Below, piece by piece: positions 29,971 to 38,807 of a stretch of DNA of 64,000 nucleotides (positions are counted from its first letter, which is position 1; each line of letters starts with the position of its first letter). The position numbers and the translations under genes were made by a program. Under the pieces are notes generated by a model. That model was not told where the DNA came from. It was given only the letters and a program-made list of their open reading frames with translations, and searched no databases. The stretch is from positions 1-64,000 of IMG/VR virus record IMGVR_UViG_2671180292_000001. One strand, 5' to 3'. Source of the DNA: a virus. Lineage: Duplodnaviria > Caudoviricetes.

Positions 29971-30338
29971 TCACGGTCGTGTCTTTCGGCTACGGCCACG
30001 GCGCACCTCCCGAGGCCGACGTCACGCTGGATACCCGCCGCAACCTGAGAAACCCGCACGCCGACCCCCGGATGCGGGAGTTGACCGGCCTCGACCAGCC
30101 CGTACGGCTGCACGTCCTCGACACGCCGGGCGCGGTCCGCCTGGTCGAGGACACCGCCGACCTCGTCACCGACCTGCACCACTCGACCGGCGGCCCGGTC
30201 ACCGTGGCGATCGGCTGCGTCGGCGGACGGCACCGATCGGTCGCCCTCGCGGAGGAACTCGCCGCAGTGCTGCGCCGTGACGGCGCCAAGACCGAGGTGG
30301 AGCACCGCGATGTCCACCGCCCGGTGATCCAGCACTAA
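29967..30338 (+). CDS. Stand-alone RapZ C-terminal domain protein
   Basis: VVSFGYGHG, LRNPH..LTGLD, IGCVGGRHRSVALAE, HRD. Confidence 0.88.
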   Translation: MITVVSFGYGHGAPPEADVTLDTRRNLRNPHADPRMRELTGLDQPVRLHVLDTPGAVRLVEDTADLVTDLHHSTGGPVTVAIGCVGGRHRSVALAEELAAVLRRDGAKTEVEHRDVHRPVIQH

Positions 30339-30419
30339 CCCCAGGGCAGCCAACCGCCCTGTTCAAACGTCCCGCCCGCTCACGTCGGGCGGGACCCCCA
30401 CCACGACTGGAGAAGAGAC

Positions 30420-30722
30420 GTGTACACCATCCCCGCCACCCGGACCCCGACCCCTGCCGATTTCGCGGAGGTGATCGAAGGGGCCACCTACAGCATCCGC
30501 CTCACCTATGAGCGGTGGCCCATCGGGCACCCGCTGCACCCGATCGTCCCGGGGTTCCTCGCCCGGACCCTCGCCGAGGACATCGTGATCGGCAACCACG
30601 TCGGCTTCGTCGAGGCGGACGTGCGCGCGGTCATCGCGAAGGCGTTCACCACGGCTGGTGTCGGCGCGGACATCGCCAGCGTGGTCGCTGACGCCGTCTG
30701 CGACGACCGGATCGTGGACTGA
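30420..30722 (+). CDS. Hypothetical protein
   Basis: ORF with GGAG upstream, bounded by hairpins. Confidence 0.6.
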   Translation: MYTIPATRTPTPADFAEVIEGATYSIRLTYERWPIGHPLHPIVPGFLARTLAEDIVIGNHVGFVEADVRAVIAKAFTTAGVGADIASVVADAVCDDRIVD

Positions 30723-30900
30723 CTCCTATCCCCCGCGTCCCATCGCGCGGTCGGGACGTCACCAGACGAGAAGGAAGAACACGTGGATCCTCAGAAAATC
30801 ACCGTCACCTCTAACGATGCCGTCTATGACGCGCTCGCGTCGATGCTCGGGCAGGACATCAGCAACGCCCCAAGCACCACACCCGAAACAGGAGCCGAGC

Positions 30901-31452
30901 ATGACGAAGACCTGTGACAACGCCAGCGTCGGCGTGCTCGTCGCTGACGAGAACGGCCGCTGGCTGATGTTCGAACGCGCAACGTTCCCACCCGGTGTCG
31001 CCCCGGCGGCCGGGCACGTCTTCGACGACCACGCCGGGTACGAGAGCGCGGCCCGCGCCGAGGTCGCCGAGGAGCTCGGCCTCACCGTCACGTCACTCGA
31101 GCTGCTGCCGGTGGGTGGTTGGCGGCCGAACCGGTGCCGCCGCCAGCCCGGCCCGCGCGGGGTCGGGCACCAGTGGCAGATCTACCGCGCGAGCGTGGCC
31201 GGCCGTCTCGCGCCGTCGGCTCGTGAGACGCGGAACGTCCGCTGGCTCACCCCCGCCGAACTCCAGCAGCTCGCCGACGTCACCGTGGCGTACGCCAACG
31301 GTCACATCACCGCCCGGGAGTTCGAGGACCGGCCCGGTATCGAGCCCGTGTGGGTGCAGTGGCTGTCCGACTACGGCCTCATCGCCGTCACCCCGGAGGA
31401 CCTCGCCGCGATCGACCAGGCCGCCGCCAACCCGCAAGGAGTTCACCTGTGA
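30901..31452 (+). CDS. NUDIX hydrolase
   Basis: AGHV....YESAARAEVAEELGL Nudix box. Confidence 0.88.
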   Translation: MTKTCDNASVGVLVADENGRWLMFERATFPPGVAPAAGHVFDDHAGYESAARAEVAEELGLTVTSLELLPVGGWRPNRCRRQPGPRGVGHQWQIYRASVAGRLAPSARETRNVRWLTPAELQQLADVTVAYANGHITAREFEDRPGIEPVWVQWLSDYGLIAVTPEDLAAIDQAAANPQGVHL

Positions 31453-31604
31453 TGCAAGCCGAGGATTTCGAGAAGATCGCTGCCAACGCTGATGCCCGCG
31501 CCGAGGAGTACAAGCGCCTCGGTAAGGACCGGCTAGTAGAGGCCGCAGAGGACAGCGCCGCCGCCGCACGTGCCGCTGCCGAGGTATGGCGGCGCACTAG
31601 CTGA
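31452..31604 (+). CDS. Small hypothetical protein
   Basis: AAGGAG RBS; coupled. Confidence 0.5.
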   Translation: MQAEDFEKIAANADARAEEYKRLGKDRLVEAAEDSAAAARAAAEVWRRTS

Positions 31605-31670
31605 CCGCGATCCGTCCCGTCCGTGTTTCCCATGGGCGGGGCACCCCACCACCTAGCCCCCGAGGAGACC

Positions 31671-32273
31671 ATGTCCTGGCACCTGAACGTGGACCGGCCC
31701 GTCTACACCCGCCACCCCACACCGCGCGGGTGGGGGAACACCGTGACCTCCACTTGGCAGGCCCTGGCCCTATCCGACGACCTGGCGATGCTGGGCATCG
31801 CCGTACACGAGGCCGGACACGCGGCCATGATGCTGCAGGGCGGCATCCGGGTCGTGAGTATGACCGTCTATTCCCAGGAGGAAGCGCGAGACCAGCCGTG
31901 CCTTGCGAAAACCGTCCACGATGACTACTCCGTCGACTACCACGTGATCGCCTCCGCCCTCGCGGCAGGGGAGCGCGCCCAAGACAGGTGGCTGCGTCAG
32001 GAGAAGCTCTGGACTCCAGAGCGTGCGTGGGCGGTCGAACGCCACGCCCTCGACGACCGCGCTGAACTGGAACAGATCGTGAGCAGTCAACTGCACGGCA
32101 CGTTGACCTACGGACGGAACCCCTCCGACCACTTCGACTACGCCAACATCTGTGACCGCACCGACAAGGCGTTGGTCCCGCTCTGGGGCGGGGTGCTCGC
32201 ACTCGCCGGCGAACTTGCCAGGCGGAAGACGCTGACCGGCGGCCAGGTCACAGCCGTCCTGGCCGCCGCATGA
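31671..32273 (+). CDS. Peptidase M41 (FtsH protease domain)-like Zn metallopeptidase
   Basis: AVHEAGHA, LAAGERA, ALAGEL..RKTLTG. Confidence 0.75.
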   Translation: MSWHLNVDRPVYTRHPTPRGWGNTVTSTWQALALSDDLAMLGIAVHEAGHAAMMLQGGIRVVSMTVYSQEEARDQPCLAKTVHDDYSVDYHVIASALAAGERAQDRWLRQEKLWTPERAWAVERHALDDRAELEQIVSSQLHGTLTYGRNPSDHFDYANICDRTDKALVPLWGGVLALAGELARRKTLTGGQVTAVLAAA

Positions 32274-32367
32274 CGACGCGCCCCCACACCTAGCCGAGGC
32301 CGCGACTACCAGAACACGCGCGGGCGGCACCAGGCCGCCCGCCCTACCCCGAGAAGTGAGGACACAC

Positions 32368-32847
32368 ATGACCACCACCGCCCAAGCCGAGCGCGAGTAC
32401 TCCATGTACGAGGCCGTCACCGAGGCTGCGATCAACAAGTTCGCTGGCGAGCGTGATCCCGCCCGTCGGGCAGAACTGCTGGACACGATGGCCACTGAGG
32501 ACGAGCACCAGGCCCGCCTGCACACCGCAGCGTTCGGCCCCGAGCCCGTCCCCGGGGAGCCGGGCCGGGACATGTCCGAGGCGCTGGCGTCCTGTGCCGT
32601 GCTGCACCGGGCGGTCGCCGCCACGGAGCGGGCACTGGCCACAGGTCAGCCGCGCGTCCCCGCCACCGACCCGCGGATCGAGGAGGTCGGGCGGGAGCTG
32701 CTCGACCAGCTCGCCACAGAGCCCGACCCCGCTAAGCGGGCGGTGCTGTGCACCGCCCTGCACGACGTCGTGGCCCCGCTCGTCGGCGCGTGTGCGGCCA
32801 TGACGTTGACCGGCCTGGCCGAACTGTATGAGGAGATCGCCAGCTGA
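32368..32847 (+). CDS. Hypothetical helical protein
   Basis: GAGGA RBS; internal repeat ERDPARRA / EPDPAKRA. Confidence 0.6.
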   Translation: MTTTAQAEREYSMYEAVTEAAINKFAGERDPARRAELLDTMATEDEHQARLHTAAFGPEPVPGEPGRDMSEALASCAVLHRAVAATERALATGQPRVPATDPRIEEVGRELLDQLATEPDPAKRAVLCTALHDVVAPLVGACAAMTLTGLAELYEEIAS

Positions 32848-32915
32848 CCCCCCCCCGCGTCCCGTCCACTCCGGTGGGCGGGATGCAATCTGCCGACACG
32901 AACAAGAGGAATGAG

Positions 32916-33320
32916 ATGGCGGAGATCGACTACCACAACGCGCACGCCCCCTACACCGACGCCGTGGCCCACGCCCTTGAAGTCGCAGGCATCGAAGTGG
33001 ACGGCTGGTTCGCCGACGCCAACGACCCCAGGGACTCCTGCATCACCCTGGCCAGAAGCAAGCCGGGGCGTCAGCGAGTGGTCGCCTGGACCGAGGAGAA
33101 GGGCTGGATGTACGGCACCGGCCCCGAGAACGACTCCCTCAACGCGATCTACGGGATCTGCGACGGCGTACTGCCCGAACCGGCCGAGGTCGTCGAGGCC
33201 GTCCGTAGGTGTCTGGCTGGCGATTTCTCCAGCACCGACAGTTACACGGCCCGTCTCCGGGACTTCGAGGACGACGAGGACGGGTTCGAGGAACGTCTCG
33301 CCGCGTACGCGAAGGCGTAG
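32916..33320 (+). CDS. Hypothetical protein
   Basis: AWTEEKGW..VLPEPAEV motif; follows a hairpin. Confidence 0.65.
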   Translation: MAEIDYHNAHAPYTDAVAHALEVAGIEVDGWFADANDPRDSCITLARSKPGRQRVVAWTEEKGWMYGTGPENDSLNAIYGICDGVLPEPAEVVEAVRRCLAGDFSSTDSYTARLRDFEDDEDGFEERLAAYAKA

Positions 33321-33387
33321 CCCATGGTGTCCCGCTCGCTTCGGTGGGCGGGACGCTCCCCCATCTGCTAGTCCCGAGGAGGACTCC

Positions 33388-33615
33388 ATGGCCACGTACG
33401 AAAAGACCCTGGCCCAGGCCCGGAAGGTCGGCAACGCCAACGCAGACGACGCCGAAGCGATGGCGTTGTACTGCGCGGACATCATGCAGTTCATCGTGGG
33501 GGCCGCGTCCCCCAAGCTGGTCTGGGAGGGCGCCCAGCGCCGCGGCATGACGCACCTTGAGTTGGCGCGCTTGGCGCAGAAGGACCCCGCCGCGGTGCAT
33601 GACTTGATGTGGTGA
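33388..33615 (+). CDS. Small hypothetical protein
   Basis: GAGGAGG RBS. Confidence 0.65.
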   Translation: MATYEKTLAQARKVGNANADDAEAMALYCADIMQFIVGAASPKLVWEGAQRRGMTHLELARLAQKDPAAVHDLMW

Positions 33616-33665
33616 CCTGCTGCGTCTTGCCCCGCCGGCCTTCTGGGAGGCGGGGCTTCCGCTGT

Positions 33666-34337
33666 CTACTTCTCCTTCAGTTCCTTCGGCTCCTTCACCC
33701 CACCCGACGACCGGCCGGTGAGAAAGGAGCGGATCAGCATGACGACCGGGAAGGAGAGCAGGGCAGTTCCTGCTATCCACTTGCCGATGGCGAAGAACAC
33801 GATGGAAGCGATCACCGCTATGAGGGTCAGCAGGAACGCGAACGCCTGCCCCTGTTTGGCGGAGTCGATCTCGGCATCGATGAGCTTGGCTTCGTTGTCG
33901 ATATGTCCGGTCGCGACCTTCTCCGTCATCGCCAGTATCCGCTCGGCGGCACCTGGAAGTACCGCCTCGTACTGGGCGAACACCTCAGGCGGCGGCAACG
34001 GGCCCTGGAAGGAGCTCGTCAAGACAAGCTCGGCTTGCGCGGTTTCGGGTTCCTCTACCTGGAGGTCCCTAAGTCCCGCGAGATCGATTTCATCGCGGTG
34101 ACCATTGCCTTCGCGATGACGCGCCACGCCTCGGCCATTGGCTCGCGCTGGGAGAGCTCCTGTCGGGTTGCCCTGAGATGAGGCGACGGGTCCAGGGTCA
34201 GCATGTCGAACCCCGTCGACAGACGCGACGTCTTCCTCCGCGCCGGACTCTTGCCCGTCGTTCTGTGAGTCGTCGTCATGACGCAACGGTAGCTCCCGAT
34301 GGGGGATGTGAACTATGCCAGGGTAGACAAGCGTCAC
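33666..34337 (-). CDS. DUF2335-like membrane protein
   Basis: FQGPLPPP...YE..LPGAAERIL plus two TMs; real start probably downstream of 34337. Confidence 0.8.
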   Translation of the reverse strand: MTLVYPGIVHIPHRELPLRHDDDSQNDGQESGAEEDVASVDGVRHADPGPVASSQGNPTGALPARANGRGVARHREGNGHRDEIDLAGLRDLQVEEPETAQAELVLTSSFQGPLPPPEVFAQYEAVLPGAAERILAMTEKVATGHIDNEAKLIDAEIDSAKQGQAFAFLLTLIAVIASIVFFAIGKWIAGTALLSFPVVMLIRSFLTGRSSGGVKEPKELKEK

Positions 34338-34466
34338 TCAAGGTTTTGGCCGAAAGCGACAACTCGATGTGCTCTATTGCACACCACCTGCACGTCTAGC
34401 GTCGCCGCACCTTGTAGATCATTTGTGGCAGTTCTACGGCTGGGGTGTAAGTTTCTTCTCCTCAGG

Positions 34467-34760
34467 TCAATCCCAGACCCCCGCAACACGCCACTCGCCA
34501 CACTGCTCGACCAGTTCCAGGACGCCCGAGCCGTCTGGGCCGACCGCTCGGACGATGTAGTGCCGCACCGTGAGCGCCTCGATCGGCAACCCTGCGCCGC
34601 CCCCCGTCCACCAGGGATCCTGCGCCTCCCAGTACGGCTCCACCTGCTCGGCCACACGGTAGGTGCGGCCCCATGCCGTGATCGCGACCGGGAGCCCGTC
34701 AGGGCCGGTCGTGACCTGGGCCGGTTCGTTGTAGCGCCGCATCCAGCCAGTATCGCTCAT
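34467..34760 (-). CDS. Small conserved-type actinobacterial protein (DUF6504-like)
   Basis: P....WGRTYRV....YW....PWW...WRVAGVWD. Confidence 0.65.
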   Translation of the reverse strand: MSDTGWMRRYNEPAQVTTGPDGLPVAITAWGRTYRVAEQVEPYWEAQDPWWTGGGAGLPIEALTVRHYIVRAVGPDGSGVLELVEQCGEWRVAGVWD

Positions 34761-34845
34761 GTGTTCGATCCTGCAGGGGGCCGCCACCACCGTGCGCGGA
34801 CGCTCTTTGCTCCGCCTTGACCTGCGGTTTCCTACCATCTCCCGC

Positions 34846-35049
34846 ATGACACGCTGGGTAGGCACCGACGGGTGGGAGGTTGAGGGGATCGTCCTCGACG
34901 GCCGCCCGCTCTTGCGTGTCCAGCACCTCGGCTATCTGGTCGCGTACTGCCGCAACGTGGGTGAGGTCGCCCAGCACCTGGACTTGGCTGACCTCGTCGA
35001 GGTGGTTCCCCTCCCCCACCAGTCCGTCAGGACTGGGCCGCTTCCCTGA
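34846..35049 (+). CDS. Small hypothetical protein
   Basis: WEVEGIVLDGRPLLRV..LDLADLVEV. Confidence 0.6.
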   Translation: MTRWVGTDGWEVEGIVLDGRPLLRVQHLGYLVAYCRNVGEVAQHLDLADLVEVVPLPHQSVRTGPLP

Positions 35050-35308
35050 GCGCCATCCGCGCCGCGAACCAGTCGCTCTGCGGGATCTCCCCCCAAAAGG
35101 GATGGCCGTACAGCACGCTGATCAGGCGGAGCCGCTCGGCACGGGCCGCTTCCAGTTCCTGACGGAGATTCTCAGGCATGGCCGCGGTGCCTTCGACGAT
35201 GGCGGTCGCCGGCGGCCCCTGCTGGGCGAGTTCCTCGCATCGGGCGTCGGCGGCGAGGAATGCGCGCTGCGCCTCGATCAGATCAGATGGGAAGTCGTAG
35301 TCGGCCAT
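35027..35308 (-). CDS. Small hypothetical protein
   Basis: FPSDLIEAQ..HPFW..ARMALRE. Confidence 0.6.
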   Translation of the reverse strand: MADYDFPSDLIEAQRAFLAADARCEELAQQGPPATAIVEGTAAMPENLRQELEAARAERLRLISVLYGHPFWGEIPQSDWFAARMALREAAQS

Positions 35309-36077
35309 GAGTCCCCCGGTTGGTGTGCTGGTTCGGGGGATGATCTTACGAGGACGGCCCAGGCATGGCGGGCAGTACCCCTTGATTGCCGTCCCCCGGG
35401 TGATCGCCGTCGCATCGGGCGCGAGTAAACCCAGCCCCAATCACCTAATTGTGAACCCCCGCAACCTGTGAAGCGTCCTGTCCTCAACAGGAGGCCGCAT
35501 GGAACCACTTGAACGCCTCGTCGATGAACTCCGACTGGAGCTCACGCTGATTGATGCCCTGCACTGGGAGGCCATGCGCCTCACCAGTGCGCGTCGCCGA
35601 GAGAAACCACAACCCTCCGGCAGGAGAGCTTTCGAGCAGGTTTCAAGCAGCGGACGTAATCCCAGGTCAGTGACCAACTAGCTTGGAAGCATATGGGGTT
35701 GGTGCAGGGGCTGGCGGGAGGCGATCCCCGCTCACGCCCGGCACCGCTGTGACCGGACCATCGTGGGTGTCGGGTTGCCCTTGCTTCCGTCCCGCTTATC
35801 CGGTCGCGGGAGTTGGGCAGCCTGGGCACCGTCTGCGCGGGCCAGGATACGCGAAAGGGCGCCGCGCTCGTGGGCAAAGGTGAGCAGGGCGCCCTCGCAT
35901 GTGGGGGGCTGACCGCCGTACGGCGCAGTCAGCCCGTGCGCCGGGTGTTGGAGTCCCCTGGACTCCTCACCGGGTCACGGGCCAGCATAAGCCGCCGCAC
36001 GTCCGGGTGCGCACCGAAAACCGGCGATATGTGAAACCGATATGGGTTAGCCCCGTCCTCGGACAGCTCGTGCCCGG

Positions 36078-36491
36078 TCAGGGTGCGATCAGGATGTGGG
36101 GGACGCTGGCGCCGACGTCCATCCGGTACGTCCCACTGGCCACCACCACCCCGTCGACCATGACCCAACCGTCTGCCGTGGCGTCCACCGAACACGGGGA
36201 GAGCACGGGAAGCTTGCCGAGCTTCTGGGCCTGGCGCTCGAGCGCGGCGAGGTACTCCGGATGCTCCAGCATCCGGATGTCCCCGACCCGGACACCTGCT
36301 TGGTCCTCGAGGTTGATGTAGATCGGTGCGTCGTGCCGCTGGCACTGCAGCACGTGCTGGGGTGAGAAGGTGGCGGTCACCCACTTGCCGCAGTGTCGCC
36401 GGATGATCCACGTGCACTGGGGCGCGTGGGCGTATGTGATCGCATCTGTGTGGCCGCCGTCTAAGCAGGCGACCCGTCCGGCCTTAATCAT
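36078..36491 (-). CDS. Hypothetical protein
   Basis: GAGG RBS; start uncertain. Confidence 0.4.
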   Translation of the reverse strand: MIKAGRVACLDGGHTDAITYAHAPQCTWIIRRHCGKWVTATFSPQHVLQCQRHDAPIYINLEDQAGVRVGDIRMLEHPEYLAALERQAQKLGKLPVLSPCSVDATADGWVMVDGVVVASGTYRMDVGASVPHILIAP

Positions 36492-36680
36492 GGTGGTTCC
36501 TCTCGCGTTGACGAGCCGATCGGGCCACGGTGCCGCATCGGCACGCCTACTGTCCGGTCCCGACCGCCAGGCCGGACCAAAACAGCCACCGGGGCTAACG
36601 TCGCGCCGGCCCATGGAACGAGAACGGCCCCGCGCACCGGAGTGGGCGGGGCCTTCGTGGTCCTCAAACGAACCATCAAC

Positions 36681-36848
36681 TCAACAGCTCACGGGAACTG
36701 GCCCGTAGTCCGCGAGGTACTGCGGGTGCTGCGTCAGGACATGGCAGTCGCACAGGAAACCGCCATCGTGTAGGGCATAGGAGCATCGGGGGTCGTGCTC
36801 ACTTATCGGCGCGCTGCGGGCAATCGCCCACGCGGTCGGGAAGTCCAC
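36681..36848 (-). CDS. Small Cys/His protein (not in ORF track)
   Basis: Begins right after the holin stop; HDPRC..LCDCH. Confidence 0.4.
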   Translation of the reverse strand: MDFPTAWAIARSAPISEHDPRCSYALHDGGFLCDCHVLTQHPQYLADYGPVPVSC

Positions 36849-36849
36849 G

Positions 36850-37098
36850 TCAGGCCGCCAGGTCGTAGTCCGGCTGGCGCTTCGTGAGCCCGGCGGCGAG
36901 CCACCACCGGCCGACCGCTGGCCAGCGCGACTCGATCCACCTGCCGAGTGCGTAGTACGCCGCAGTGAAGACCACGGTCACCAGTTCGGTCAGCGGACCC
37001 TCGGGCAGGGTCAGGCCGATCCGGGCGGCCCAGCCGAGCAGCACGCCGACAATGACCGGGACCACCGTTCGAACGAGGCTTGGAAGGAATCCGTTCAC
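36850..37098 (-). CDS. Holin-like small membrane protein
   Basis: SLVRTVVPVIVG..YYALGRWIE; two TMs downstream of endolysin. Confidence 0.75.
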   Translation of the reverse strand: MNGFLPSLVRTVVPVIVGVLLGWAARIGLTLPEGPLTELVTVVFTAAYYALGRWIESRWPAVGRWWLAAGLTKRQPDYDLAA

Positions 37099-37619
37099 GT
37101 TGCCGCCTTTCTGCGGTTGTAGTTACGGCGCTGTCGCTCTCGGTCGCAGGCCTTGCAGTGGCGACGTCCGTTGCGTCGCGACGTGTTTTCCTCGGTGTAC
37201 TCGTGGCCTTGAGGGCAGTGCGTCTTGGCGGAGCTCATGTCGTGGGCGAGATCACGTCGGCGGACGTTGACCGACTGCGGCACAGGGTCGAGGTGACAGG
37301 GGTTCACGCACTTCTTGTTCTGGCAGAGGTGATCGAGAGTGAGCCCTTCGGGGATCTCCGCCACCATGTGCTCGTAGGCAAAACGGTGCGCCAGGAGGTC
37401 TCGACCACCGATCGAAACCTTGCCGTACCGCTGTCCACTGCCGGTCCAGATCCAGCAATCACCCTGTTCTACCACCTTGGCCCAGAACAGTTCTGCCGCC
37501 GATGGTGGACACCAGAGGGGATCTCCGTGTCGTCGCCAAACCATGTAGTGGCGGCTACAGAAGCCTTTTGAGTCATGCGGCTGCGGGCAGCCGTCTACGT
37601 TGCAGATACGCTTGCCCAT
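37095..37619 (-). CDS. HNH homing endonuclease
   Basis: CWIWTG, AHRFAYE, LDHLCQNKKCVNPCHL, KTHCPQGH. Confidence 0.9.
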   Translation of the reverse strand: MGKRICNVDGCPQPHDSKGFCSRHYMVWRRHGDPLWCPPSAAELFWAKVVEQGDCWIWTGSGQRYGKVSIGGRDLLAHRFAYEHMVAEIPEGLTLDHLCQNKKCVNPCHLDPVPQSVNVRRRDLAHDMSSAKTHCPQGHEYTEENTSRRNGRRHCKACDRERQRRNYNRRKAAT

Positions 37620-37716
37620 GAGGGCACCTCCCAGAAGGTGTTCTCCACGCCCCGGGCCTGTTCCAGCAGGTGCCGGGGTCTCATTTCTATCGGATGCCAC
37701 CGACAAAACCGCTTGA

Positions 37717-38523
37717 TCAGGTGATGGGCCGCTCGAACGCGGCCTTCCAGGTGAGTGGCCCGACGATTCCGTCAGCCGCCAGCTGCCAGCCGTGCGCGGT
37801 GGAGTCCCGCTGGAACGCGACGCACACCGAGCGGGACTGCGGCCCGTACTTGCCGTCCACGTCGACCGCCCAGCCGCGTTCCCGCATACGGGCCTGCCAG
37901 GTGTACACGTCACTTCCGCTGGTGAGCGGCGGGTAGGCGAGCAGCCGGCCGGGCCAGGCCGGGGCCTTCACCCCGGGTTTGGTCGTGTTCCCGGCTGGCG
38001 GGGGTGTCGTGCTCCCGCCGGGTCTGGGCGCGCCGCGGCGGATCCACGTAGCGATGGGGTCGCCGGGACAGTCAGTGGGGTAGCCGTCTCGGTGGCCCTT
38101 GATCTCCGACCCGGCACCGCCCTTGGCGCGGAGGTAGTCGATCGCGTCGAGGATCCCCCAGAGCATGCCGTCGGGTGGCTGTACGAGGCCGGCGTTGCCG
38201 ACCAGCGCGAGCACCGCGTAGTGACCGCTGTTGAGGCCGGGACCGTTGGCGGCGGGCAAGTGCCCTGGCCCTCGCCCCATGAAGACTCGCCGGTGAGGAC
38301 AGCAGCACAGGCTGTAGCCGATATCCATCCACTGGTTGCCGTCCATGTGGTGGTTCTGGATGGACTTGACCAGGGCCACGCATTTGTTGTGGTCGTCCAC
38401 GACGCCCGGATCCACCCGGCCGCCCGTGTAGTGGACCTTCACCCCTCGGGTGGACCGCAGCGGCGAGTACCCGCCCTTCGGCCGTCGGGCACCCCACTGT
38501 GCGCGTGTCACAAGATCAACCAC
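37717..38523 (-). CDS. Endolysin: N-acetylmuramoyl-L-alanine amidase plus peptidoglycan-binding domain
   Basis: TRAQWGAR, VHYT, DIGYS, GHRD..TDCPG; DGKYGP..FQ..DGIVGPLTW. Confidence 0.92.
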   Translation of the reverse strand: MVDLVTRAQWGARRPKGGYSPLRSTRGVKVHYTGGRVDPGVVDDHNKCVALVKSIQNHHMDGNQWMDIGYSLCCCPHRRVFMGRGPGHLPAANGPGLNSGHYAVLALVGNAGLVQPPDGMLWGILDAIDYLRAKGGAGSEIKGHRDGYPTDCPGDPIATWIRRGAPRPGGSTTPPPAGNTTKPGVKAPAWPGRLLAYPPLTSGSDVYTWQARMRERGWAVDVDGKYGPQSRSVCVAFQRDSTAHGWQLAADGIVGPLTWKAAFERPIT

Positions 38524-38535
38524 GGCAGCCCTCCT

Positions 38536-38805
38536 CTACTTGACGATGAGCGTGATGATCGTCGCTACGACGGATCCGAGCGCGGTCAGCGCGGTCAACG
38601 GAAGCGCGTACCGGTACCGTTCATCACCCCGCTGCCGCCCCTCGAGGTCTTCGACGAGCTTGGGTAACGAGGACAGGGCTACCACGGCGGACTCCACAAG
38701 CCGCAACCGAGCCTCGTGATCGGTAATCCGGTCGTGGTCGGCCTGCTGCTGCGCCGAAACAACTGCCACCTGCGCGGCCAACTCGGTCTCAGATGAAGCC
38801 GACAC
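38536..38805 (-). CDS. Small coiled-coil/TM protein (lysis cassette)
   Basis: DHEARLR..E, C-terminal TM. Confidence 0.65.
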   Translation of the reverse strand: MSASSETELAAQVAVVSAQQQADHDRITDHEARLRLVESAVVALSSLPKLVEDLEGRQRGDERYRYALPLTALTALGSVVATIITLIVK

Positions 38806-38807
38806 GG

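Noticed and set aside
29047-33356. Classical integron attC sites
   Set aside because: No RYYYAAC/GTTRRRY boxes are evident and the integrase is phage-type; kept only as an unexplained hairpin family.
35400-36080. Short ORFs or ncRNA in the gap between accessory and lysis regions
   Set aside because: No convincing RBS, motif or structure that I can support by eye.
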